In this document: positions 9,001-16,200 of the stretch, one piece after another
Position numbering within the stretch: position 1 is the first letter of the stretch
How the letters are laid out: the number at the start of each line of letters is the position of its first letter
IMG/VR virus record: IMGVR_UViG_3300037427_002699
Location: 1-27,356 of that record
Strand: one strand, 5' to 3'
DNA from: a virus
Lineage: Duplodnaviria > Caudoviricetes
Length of the DNA: 27,356 nt
The notes under the pieces: generated by a model
Seen by the model: the letters and a program-made list of their open reading frames with translations, nothing else
What the model was told of the DNA's origin: nothing
Database searches by the model: none
Translations under genes and position numbers: made by a program

Positions 9001-11571
9001 ACAGTGACAACTGTTATTAATGGTAGTTATACTGTTGGTGATACTGTACTTCCTATTACTGCTAACTCACTATCCTTTACTTGTTCTAAGGATGGTCATA
9101 CTACATCACACACTTATCCACGTCCAGGTGATCCTGCATATGAAACTAATCTTACAGTTACTGGTGTAGGTCCTGGAAATGATGTTACAGTTAATGTTGG
9201 AGCATCTAATACAAAAGAAGATCATGTGGTTGGTATTTTAACTGCAGTTACAAAGATAAATGATGATATCTTTAGTGTATTTGTTGGTTCATCTGTAGGA
9301 AAGGATGCAACCATTACAGCAACTCCAAAAACATATAATACTCATGTATTTGATTCTTCTAATAGTTCTTTAAATAATGCCATTTATGTTGATGATTGGA
9401 CAGGAGGAAATGGTATAAAAACTCCAAATAATGCAACATATGCTCCAGATACTGGTGATTTAGTATTGTCAATTGGATCTCATTCATTAACTACTGCAAA
9501 TACTGTTGGAATTAAGACTAGTTCTTTAGCATTTAGATGTAATCAGGATGATTACAATAGCATTCATAAGTATCCTAGAACAAGTGATCCAGTTAATGGT
9601 ATACAAACTGCAATTACTGCTTTTGATCAATCTGGTGGAACAATTACAGTTAATGTTGGAAAATCTAATGTTAATACTGGTGGTGCATTAGACTTTACTA
9701 TAGTTGGTGGTGGTAAGAGTTATACTAATCCTGTAATATCTGTATCACCACCATCATATAGTAATTTGGATGTAATAGGAGTTTCTAGATTGGGAGAAGG
9801 TTCAACTACAGATACTGGATATGGTCTTCGTGTAACTCCTATAGTTGGTGCTAGTCAGACATCTGGAATTGGATCTGGATTCTTTGAAGTTTCTGATTTT
9901 GACATTACTAGAACTGGTTATGGATTTAAGAGTGGTGATATTTTTGAACCAATTGGATTAGTCACTGATAGAAAATTATATGAACCACTTGAGAAGGCAA
10001 CAATGCAAATTCAAAATGTTTATCATGATGATTTTTCAATGTGGCAATTTGGAGAATTTGATTATATTGATTCAGTTGAAAATTATCAGGATGGTTTTAG
10101 AACAAGATTCCCATTATACTATAATGGAAATAGAATAAGTGTTGATGCTGATCCAGAATTTGATAGTGATTTGAATAATGTAATGCTTGTGGTTATAAAT
10201 GGTGTTATTCAACAACCAAAAGAAGCATATAATTTTATAGGTGGATCAAGTATAAATTTTGTAAGACCTTTGGATAAAGAAGATAAGGTAGCAATATTCT
10301 TCTATAAGGGAACTGATCTTGCCGATGCTGTAGTTTCGACAGGAATGACTGTGGTTGTTGAACCAGGTGATAGAGTTCAAGTATCAGGTGTAGCAACTGG
10401 TATTAATGGTTCTGGTAATATAGGTGTTTCATTACAAGATGAAAGAATAATTAAATATTTAAATACTTCAACTAGCTTAGAGACAAATATCTATACGGGA
10501 GCAGGTGTAGATGAAGAATTATTCAGACCAATAAATCTTTTAAAACAAAAAGAAGATAGAATAATTGATAGTACATTAGTAACAAAGAAAAGGGTTAGTT
10601 TGGAACCAATAATTCTCCCAAGTGCAAAAATAATTAGTGATTTTACTACTAGTGATAATAGTTTTTATGTTGATACTGCAGAATTATTTGATTATGAAAA
10701 ACCAAATCAACAATTTAGTGGAATAATTGTTTCAGGTAAAGCAGATCCAGTTATACCAACTGCAACTGCAACCATTAATAGTACAGAAACTACATTAGAT
10801 CAAATTGCTGTTACTGGAGGTTCGGGATATACTTCAGTTCCATCTGTTTCTATTTCGGCACCACCAGAAATTGGTGTTGGTGTTGGAACTACTGCAACTG
10901 CAACTGCAACCATATCTAATGGTACTGTAGACACCATCACAGTAACTGAAGTAGGACTTGGATATACAATCGCACCTAAAGTTTCAATTGAACCACCAAA
11001 CTCAATTGAGGATCATTTGGCATCATCTGGAAATAATATTATAGTTGAATCAACTTCAGGTATACTTACTGGAATAGGTACAACTACTGTTGGTTCATCA
11101 TTGGGAATTAAATTCTTTGCTATGGCAGAGTCTCAGAATGCTTTTCAACCAATATCTATAGGAAATCCAGTTTACATTTATGGTACTCAAGTTGGAACTG
11201 GATTAACATCTATGGATGTTACTAATACTAATAGTGTTGGTATTGGAACTAGTTTTGCAGATAACATATACACTGTGGCAGAAATTGGGTATGAAGGAAA
11301 TGATCCAAATAAAATTGGAATTATTACATGTGTTATAAAATCAGATACTAATGTAGTTGGACTTGCATCAACTTCAACATCAATAAGTCCTGTTGGATAT
11401 TATTCTGTTGGTAAGTTGAGTAATTTTACTAGAAGCTCTTCACCAATTTCTCTCAGTGTTACTGGATTAACAATTGATAGTGGGTTAACAACATTCCCAT
11501 CATTACAAAGAAGAGGTGGTCTAGGAGATGATACTTGGAAGCAAACTGGTGGATTAAGAACACCTGAATAA
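1..11571 (+). CDS. g7: Giant baseplate wedge initiator (T4 gp7-like), 5'-truncated, multi-domain with many internal repeats
   Basis: Frame +1 is open from base 1 (SDYPDALDPD...HLFETGDKIYY...), so the TTG at 202 is not the true start. It contains the gp7-type motif DNDYYQNLSYSIQSSITWDKLQTQVNNILHTSGLKNFAD (~5425-5544) and lies directly upstream of gp8, as in T4-like phages. Confidence 0.85.
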   Translation, partial: SDYPDALDPDSIVSNNTITAQYSTISFNGPHLFETGDKIYYESTNSPLVGIETGIYFVKKTSEKNIQLYGSRSGILSNQYIPIGKPADDTGNHKFTLYSQRSGEIAPQKLLKKFSLNSILYNGESTPTTPGGIGMLINGVEINNYKSPDKIYYGPLDNVLIVNGGDNFDVINPPNITISNSSGTTALVQPVLSGKIDKIFLSNQDYDIESVVSIGISGGNGTGYNLEPILKVRSREVSFNAEATTFGGGINTTPSTVNTGKITFLTDHNFVTGQSIKYESSTGSLVGVGVGGDDTLANYGNYYARRINSTTIKLYTSYEDSIFGNTGINTVQFNGKGFGIQKFTIDPKLTVDDVRVLDGGRNYTNRKLLVKPTGISTYTDTIIFKDHGFNSGELISYSAVDGNSAKIEGLETTNDIQYYVLKTDSDKFRLCNAGMGGTYRTNYENKNIQFLGSTGTGYQQFSYPEIKGFVKILSTTGQESDIPITPSVKGSIVDVYVYEGGTGYGTTIANTEVNPSITIKTGVDAVLTPYFTNGSVSSVSVEYGGKEYYSIPDLKVNDPTGKGVGAELKPIIENFKITGVEISNAGIGYSTSSKISVKSAGQNAKLIPQVRPLRINNNIKFSRDNDHYQLVETDNKLKYTTYAYNSTLFEDDGSKLSNIIGWAYDGNPIYGPYGLGNPSQSPSNTSELVRKLESGYVLDIANIIDRPDFPDGYFVEDYKFDNSGDLDKFNGRFEINQDFPNGVYAYHATLDKFPYFIGNEYRSLPITENFSVFDQSTFDFSTSGVLRNTLPYKVSDEYADNDFIIETNEIEQQEIEVQSVSSGSINGYDILDSGYDYKTNEKLAFDESGTKGDSLSVRVESIKGKDVSVIETTVDTYNDSLLIWGDDNIECFIEPNHPLEDNDSVVISGLSSDLSNINGSYKIGITTFSSTAISTIFASPSPGFTTEIYVSAIPESISIGSSILIGSESLKILNIFENLNVIRVERDSTNHGSEYPAGIGVTYINNSFKIDKKTDYFNSSRKKSIYFNPTKSVGIGTTPGTNYEVSFDFAGNSVTRNIPVRQLYIENHPFKTNQKISLTIPSGNIAISTNKVDAPFNIPTSLYVVNKGINTLGIKTGIGTASDGYAYEEVYFRSLTNADTDKYLLQSDDDIQVTSKVQRIKSVVSVSTVGTFNSGYHELSDGDGIVLKIKPNINSGIGSDTNIEVKRDSSTGNILINPIIFNVGNVNINDNSITLGSKGFNLKTGDKVLYSGSAAGLSTGNYYVYKVDDKIIKLCETYSEATQEIPNVIDITDVGAPNQSISLINPRIKNTNNTNLLFDHSDSSMDGYDFKIYYDKEFKNRFVGTGNTSSFNVSNTSNTTIINYSKNLPKKLYYNIEKSGFISTSDTDVVNYSEILSINSLYDGNYSISGVGQTNFTIFLNEIPEKSTYQATECDVIEYTTKSKSAKGPINKIDIISGGSGYKNLPTFVGVGSTSIGKDASIVLKSDTMGNVSKVRFVNSGFEYSSDKTLEPIAYISPIVELKNSNSIGIVTVTSGGENYLSAPRIDIVDSDTKEVINSGLLEAEMLDSSIFAVNVVEKPFGLPEKRVLLKTTNNTNGITISRVDWIPGNATEFWITLVTPTTDFGIAPFKLGDEVFVEGIEKYGDDGNGFNSTDYGYEFLKVTEIHTSNPNPNPFKFKVSAVGLTDAVGVAVTIPTKFTSVVNKSDYPSFSVVQSKEIFDIGENLIVNNVITNIKVTQNNSTSIKVSGSNVSNLSTDDLIVGNTSGNKGTIQKITGNDARYKIDFSHTKDIGWFDEIGKLNDDTQVVPDNDYYQNLSYSIQSSITWDKLQTQVNNILHTSGLKNFADTGITSTSNISIGSTSETTVIRDYISEKRVDEIRGLDLVRDIDVTGNVARLIEFQNIRLSDYIACLTNDVFVIDNINSEFSNLEDTETYYTDIMEIPADGSYTNLLVRVSDNNRITGISTQIQLSELVLMNSYAYSTNNQNILLEKYRVFNSDVDGYVSSEEDQLGSFKIEKNDQDINVLRFYPRDKFDNDYNLKIFTGKFTTVNSGVSTIKVGSIDKSVFVQTVPTGNTDLIVEVGIDSISSLFANSQIIDVSTGEMNFVESYITQDGQHSFISEVYADTNPVGTSDNKIGILTSTLSGNTLALKYENNTSSNVLIRSNVVGFGSTGFITPEGHTGVGTYRFKSIDEPDGYERSLIYQGISTSGVGKTTIVDISSNLFDSVKSIVEVSVGSSKAVHEVLSVHDTNNIFVQPAKFISGVVSPVGNTGLGTFGGEYVGSNLVVSFYPDDEVGMTTVSILNECLYTRTDALNIPQTLFYGNVYNENLGYKYYNGISGDRINRRDFKLNTNSIPIFAKSFNPNSSTLVANTGTFSVNNHFFRTGEELIYTPKSTIIGIGSTPMQYMSADNVMDTLPSTVFGIKKTDNSFQIATTRAHANAGNAITFTGFGEGNAHTLSMKDPNERSLITIDDIVQYPITPTPVSHTLKYNHNVHTGLDNTIFSLSGISTIHVGNILKIGNEYMKVNDVGTGSSSIGPITPGIGTYPLVEVERGSIGTNESIHQNGDQVNRFKGGFNIVDSTIYFTDAPRGNPNRSLTEGGLDFPTSEFTGRVYLRNDYSTNDIYDDVSHQFNGITTQFTLTVGGANTIGIGTTGGNGILFINGIFQTPTTDNNPANNFRIIETGSGATGVTSVVFSGITSTNGELIISNDDVNRNGLPRGGIPVSYGSTTGSGYAPLVGALVRPVLDGDGTITGIVGVATTGGALVVNNAQYDNTSGILTVTTSEDHQLVNGDVSVDEVKLMSLEFSCPAGHEGITTTFFPSGVYGDRFSVISVNSKTEFTVNVGTSTIPHTYVGSGTAFPYYGDLKLGSGYNSIVSIGVSVIDDGYNHRFVSADNNSIIKTTWDGATITPTNATYHPSSGIVTFTVASHGLATDDLVGIKTESLTFKCSKDNYASEHKYPRGPYTHIYNGGTVTTAFDGAMDVSNAVYNAATGDLTVTTVINGSYTVGDTVLPITANSLSFTCSKDGHTTSHTYPRPGDPAYETNLTVTGVGPGNDVTVNVGASNTKEDHVVGILTAVTKINDDIFSVFVGSSVGKDATITATPKTYNTHVFDSSNSSLNNAIYVDDWTGGNGIKTPNNATYAPDTGDLVLSIGSHSLTTANTVGIKTSSLAFRCNQDDYNSIHKYPRTSDPVNGIQTAITAFDQSGGTITVNVGKSNVNTGGALDFTIVGGGKSYTNPVISVSPPSYSNLDVIGVSRLGEGSTTDTGYGLRVTPIVGASQTSGIGSGFFEVSDFDITRTGYGFKSGDIFEPIGLVTDRKLYEPLEKATMQIQNVYHDDFSMWQFGEFDYIDSVENYQDGFRTRFPLYYNGNRISVDADPEFDSDLNNVMLVVINGVIQQPKEAYNFIGGSSINFVRPLDKEDKVAIFFYKGTDLADAVVSTGMTVVVEPGDRVQVSGVATGINGSGNIGVSLQDERIIKYLNTSTSLETNIYTGAGVDEELFRPINLLKQKEDRIIDSTLVTKKRVSLEPIILPSAKIISDFTTSDNSFYVDTAELFDYEKPNQQFSGIIVSGKADPVIPTATATINSTETTLDQIAVTGGSGYTSVPSVSISAPPEIGVGVGTTATATATISNGTVDTITVTEVGLGYTIAPKVSIEPPNSIEDHLASSGNNIIVESTSGILTGIGTTTVGSSLGIKFFAMAESQNAFQPISIGNPVYIYGTQVGTGLTSMDVTNTNSVGIGTSFADNIYTVAEIGYEGNDPNKIGIITCVIKSDTNVVGLASTSTSISPVGYYSVGKLSNFTRSSSPISLSVTGLTIDSGLTTFPSLQRRGGLGDDTWKQTGGLRTPE

Positions 11572-11590
11572 ACATTATTTTAATATGTTG

Positions 11591-11598
11591 TATAAATA
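11591..11598 (+). promoter_or_regulatory. T4-type late promoter (TATAAATA)
   Basis: Exact T4 gp55 late consensus TATAAATA in the 44-nt g7-g8 intergenic gap, 17 nt before the gp8 ATG. Confidence 0.85.
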
Positions 11599-11615
11599 TC
11601 TAAAAAACTATTAAG

Positions 11616-13250
11616 ATGCCAGCGGTAGTAACAGATCAATTTAGAATAGCGAATGCTAGTAATTTTATAGATTCTATATCAAATACTAGTAATTCTTACT
11701 ATGTATTTTTAGGATTAGCTAATCCAACAACTGGAAATAGGGATGCAGATGGAAGTGAGGGTGTAGGAATTGGAAGAAGTAGTACTTGGAATAATGGTAC
11801 TGAATTGAGTGTTCCAACTCCAACAGATAATTTCCAATACTTATCACTTTATAATGAGACTCAACTTTTTGGTAAAAAGATAACTACATCCAATGTTAAA
11901 AGGGTAATTGAGAAATTTCAGTGGAAAGCCAATACTAGATATGATATGTATCGTCATGATTATGATATTTTAAAAAATCCTACACCTAATGGAAAAAGTG
12001 GTTTGTATAATACAAATTATTATGTAATGAATTCTGATTATAGGGTTTATGTTTGTATTGATAATGGGTCTAGTGGAAGTTTACCTAAAGGAAAAAGATC
12101 TTTAGATGAACCAAGATTTACTGATTTGGAACCATCTGTAGCAGGAACAAGTGGAGATGGATATGTTTGGAAATATCTTTATACAGTTAATCCTAGTGAT
12201 ATTATAAAATTTGATTCTACAAAATATATTGTTTTACCAAATGATTGGTCATCATCAACTGATCCTCAAATAGAAACTGTTAGAGATGCTGGTAATTCTG
12301 ATTTATATAAAAATCAAATTAAAAAAGTTTATATTGAAAATGCTGGATCTGGATATACAGATACCAATCCAAATGAAGATGGTCTTACTGTGGATATATT
12401 AGGTGATGGTGAAGGTGGTAAAGCAATAGTTAAAGTTATTGATGGTAGTATAAGTAGTGTTGATGTTATTTCTGGAGGTTTTGGATATACTTATGGAATA
12501 CTTGATTTAAGTACACTAAACGCTAATTCTGAGAGTTCTGCAACTTTTAATTTTGCAAAATTAATACCGATTATTCCACCTTCCAAGGGACATGGATATG
12601 ATCTTTATAAAGAATTAGGTGCTGATAAAGTTTTGGTTTACACTAGATTTGATGATTCTACAAAGGATTTTCCTACAGATACTCATTTTGCACAAGTTGG
12701 TATTGTAAAAAATCCCACTAAATATAATTCTACAGATATTTGTAACTTGGGTGAATATTCATCATTAAGTTCGATGATTTTAACTTCATCTGCAGATATT
12801 TCAACAAATCCTACTGTTGTCGGTGCTGCAATAACACAAGCACAAAGTAATGGTGATGTTGCTAAGGGTTATATTGCATCATATGATGCAGAAACAAAAG
12901 TTTTAAAATATTGGCAAGATAGATCTTTGTATTATCCAAATTATAAAGATCAATTAGATAATGCAAATGTAAACTTGATTGCAAAAAAGGTACCATTCAA
13001 TAAAGATGCTGGAAAAGTTAAATGCCTTAAAGGTGGTATTGATTTTGAAGTTGACATCAATAATACCATGAGTGGTATAACAACAATAGTTGGTGATAAA
13101 TTAATTAATTTAGGAGTTAACTTTGAAAATGGACTTGCAAATCCTGAGATAAATAAAAAGACGGGTGATATAATTTATATTGACAACCGCGAAGAGGTTG
13201 AACGTGATTTAAGGCAAAAAGAAGACGTTAAAATTATTCTGGAATTCTAA
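11616..13250 (+). CDS. g8: Baseplate wedge subunit gp8
   Basis: N-terminus MPAVVTDQFRI, core YDMYRHDY...YYVMNSDYRVYVCIDNG...DGYVWKYLY, C-terminus GDIIYIDNR...QKEDVKIILEF are typical of T4-like gp8. Synteny after g7. Confidence 0.92.
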   Translation: MPAVVTDQFRIANASNFIDSISNTSNSYYVFLGLANPTTGNRDADGSEGVGIGRSSTWNNGTELSVPTPTDNFQYLSLYNETQLFGKKITTSNVKRVIEKFQWKANTRYDMYRHDYDILKNPTPNGKSGLYNTNYYVMNSDYRVYVCIDNGSSGSLPKGKRSLDEPRFTDLEPSVAGTSGDGYVWKYLYTVNPSDIIKFDSTKYIVLPNDWSSSTDPQIETVRDAGNSDLYKNQIKKVYIENAGSGYTDTNPNEDGLTVDILGDGEGGKAIVKVIDGSISSVDVISGGFGYTYGILDLSTLNANSESSATFNFAKLIPIIPPSKGHGYDLYKELGADKVLVYTRFDDSTKDFPTDTHFAQVGIVKNPTKYNSTDICNLGEYSSLSSMILTSSADISTNPTVVGAAITQAQSNGDVAKGYIASYDAETKVLKYWQDRSLYYPNYKDQLDNANVNLIAKKVPFNKDAGKVKCLKGGIDFEVDINNTMSGITTIVGDKLINLGVNFENGLANPEINKKTGDIIYIDNREEVERDLRQKEDVKIILEF

Positions 13251-13256
13251 AAAACA

Positions 13257-16200
13257 ATGGCTCAAAAAACTAATTTAAATATAAGTCCATACTATGATGA
13301 TTTTGATTCTGAAAAGAATTTTTATAAGGTCTTGTATAAACCAGGATTTCCAGTTCAGGCTAGAGAATTAACTGGTACACAATCTATTTTACAAAACCAA
13401 ATACAATCTTTTGGTAATAATATATTCAAAGAAGGATCTGTTGTTATTCCAGGTAATATTGCATATGATGGACAATTTTCTGCTGTTAAATTAGATATAG
13501 AAAATTATGGTATAGATATATCTCTTTATATTAAAGATTTTATAGGTAAAAAAATTACAGGTAGAATATCTGGAATAGAAGCAACTCTTAAATATATTGC
13601 TTTACCTGGTGTTGATGCTGTCGATGATGTAACAATTTATGTTACATATACAAGTGCAGATAATAATAATGAGTTAAATTCGTTTACTGATGGTGAACAA
13701 TTAGTTTGTTCTGATAGTATTACTTATGGAAATACTACAATAAATGCCGGAACTCCATTTGCGTCTTTAATTTCTTCTGGTGCAACTGCTATTGGATCTG
13801 CTGCATTTATTAAAAAGGGTGTTTATTTTATAAGAGGATATTTTGTAAATGTTAGTGATCAAACTATTATTTTAGATTATTATTCTAATGCACCATCTTA
13901 TAGGGTTGGATTAAGAATTGATGAATTAATTGTTAGTTCAAAGGATGATAGTTCTTTATATGATAATGCAAAAGGTTTTAATAATTTTTCTGCACCTGGT
14001 GCTGATAGATTAAAAATTAATTTAACTTTAAGTAAAAAAGCTTTAGATGATCAGGATGATACTGATTTTGTTGAGTTACTTAGAGTAAAAAAAGGAAAAA
14101 TTAAAATATTAAATTCAAAATCAAATTATAATATAGTTAGAGATTGGATAGCAGAAAGAACCTATGACGAATCTGGAAATTATACTGTAAATCCATTTAA
14201 GATATCAGTATTAGATTCATTAAATGATAATTTAGGTAATGGTGGGTTATTCTATAAGGATGAAAAAACAGATGATTTAAATGCACCATCGGAAGATATG
14301 ATGTGTGTAAGAGTTTCTGATGGCAAGGCATATGTTCAAGGATATGATATTGATAAGGTTGGAACTACAATAATTGATGTTGAAAAACCAAGAGACGTTG
14401 GAATTAACAGTACTGCAAGTGTTAATTTTAATATGGGTAGTGTTATTAGAGTTAATAATGTAGCTGGTCTACCAAAGCAAGGTGCATTAATTCAATTTTA
14501 TGATGGATTTGGACAAACTGGTGAGGTTATAGGTAGTGCAAGGGCATATAATCTTAGTTTAAGAAATGAGGAATATTCTGATGCTTCGACTGTTTGGGAT
14601 TTAAGATTATTTGATGTACAGACAACAACTAAAATTACATTAAATTCTAATATTACAGCATCTGAATTACCAGATAGTTCTTTTGTTAAAGGAAAAAATA
14701 GTGGTGCTAGTGGATATTCTATGGGTACTGGTGATGGGACAGCAATTATTAAGTTATATCAGACTACTGGAACTTTTGCTAAAGGTGAACAAATAGAGAT
14801 AAATGGTGTAGATTTTCCTAGAACTATTATTACATCTACTGCAAATAGTACACAATCAATTAAATCTTTAAAATCAACTTCTTCTAATTTTCCAGATTTT
14901 AAAGCAGATTCAAATTTAGATATATTCCAACTTCCAAATGGAATATCTGATTGCATGGTTTCTAATGGAGTTTCAGGTATTTCTACTATAACTTCTGGTG
15001 CAAAGCAATTTAGTGGACTTAGACCAGGATCTACAATAATATATCAAAAAGGATCTAATGGAGGTGGGGATCCTACTTACAATAAAGTTAAATCTATAGG
15101 TGTTGGTAATACAAATATAGTTGTAGAACCAATAACTCCAAGCATACCTGGTGTTTTTGATGGTAGTTTACCAACTAATGCAACAACAACTTCTGGGACA
15201 ATTAAAATGAATGTTGGTGCACCAATAATAAGAGGGAGTGGTATTTTACATGCACCATTAGGTAATAGAAATGTATCTACAGTTGATCTTACAAACTCCA
15301 AGTTAAGGGTTACTAAACAATTAACTGGTAGGACAGTTACATCCAATAAACTTGTTGTTAATGTTAGTGATGTTAGTAATGATTATCCAGAAATTACTTC
15401 AGATGCAACATTTGAACCTTTTGATGAAGAAAGATATTCATTAATATCCAGCAATTCTAATAATGGTACACCAATTACAATTACAGAAGATGCATTTAAA
15501 TATCAGAATAGTGGTAGTACAATCACTATTGAAGGTTTGAGTAATAGTGTTGGTAATGTTTTTACTGCATCTGTTAATAAAAAAGGTATTAAGAGTAAAA
15601 TAAAGAATTATAATAAGAGTAAAATGCTAGATGTTGCATATTCAAAATATGAAAGATCTGGTGATATTGCCATTGGTATAGGTGCTTCTACAGTTCCAGA
15701 TGGTCTTACTTATGATAAGAGATATGGTGTAAGAGTTCAAGATGAAAGGATATCATTAAATTATCCAGATGTATCTAAATTTATAGCAGTATATGAATCT
15801 ATTGATAGTGAGAGACCAACTTTAGATGAATTTAAATTTAGTAGTACTGCAAATGTTCAATTAAATGCTATTTTGGGTGAAAATATTGTTGGATATACAT
15901 CTAAAGCAATTGCTAGAGTAGTAAATAAATCGTCAACAGATCTTAATAAATTAGGAATTGTTTATTTGACAAATACTCGTTTTTCAGAAGGAGAGACTGT
16001 TAATTTTGATGAGTCTAATATTGATACCAATGTTGAATCAATAACTAATGGTACATATAAGGATATTACAAGTTCATTTAAATTGGATAAGGGTCAAAAA
16101 GATCAATATTATGATTATTCTTTTATCATTAGAACTAGAGGATCATCAGAACCCTCTAGTAGATTATTAGTTATTTTTGATTATTATTCTATCACATCTG

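Noticed and set aside
11571-11590. Imperfect AT-only inverted repeat (AACATTA...TAATATGTT) after the g7 stop as a terminator
   Set aside because: Weak bulged stem with almost no G-C pairs and no U-tract.
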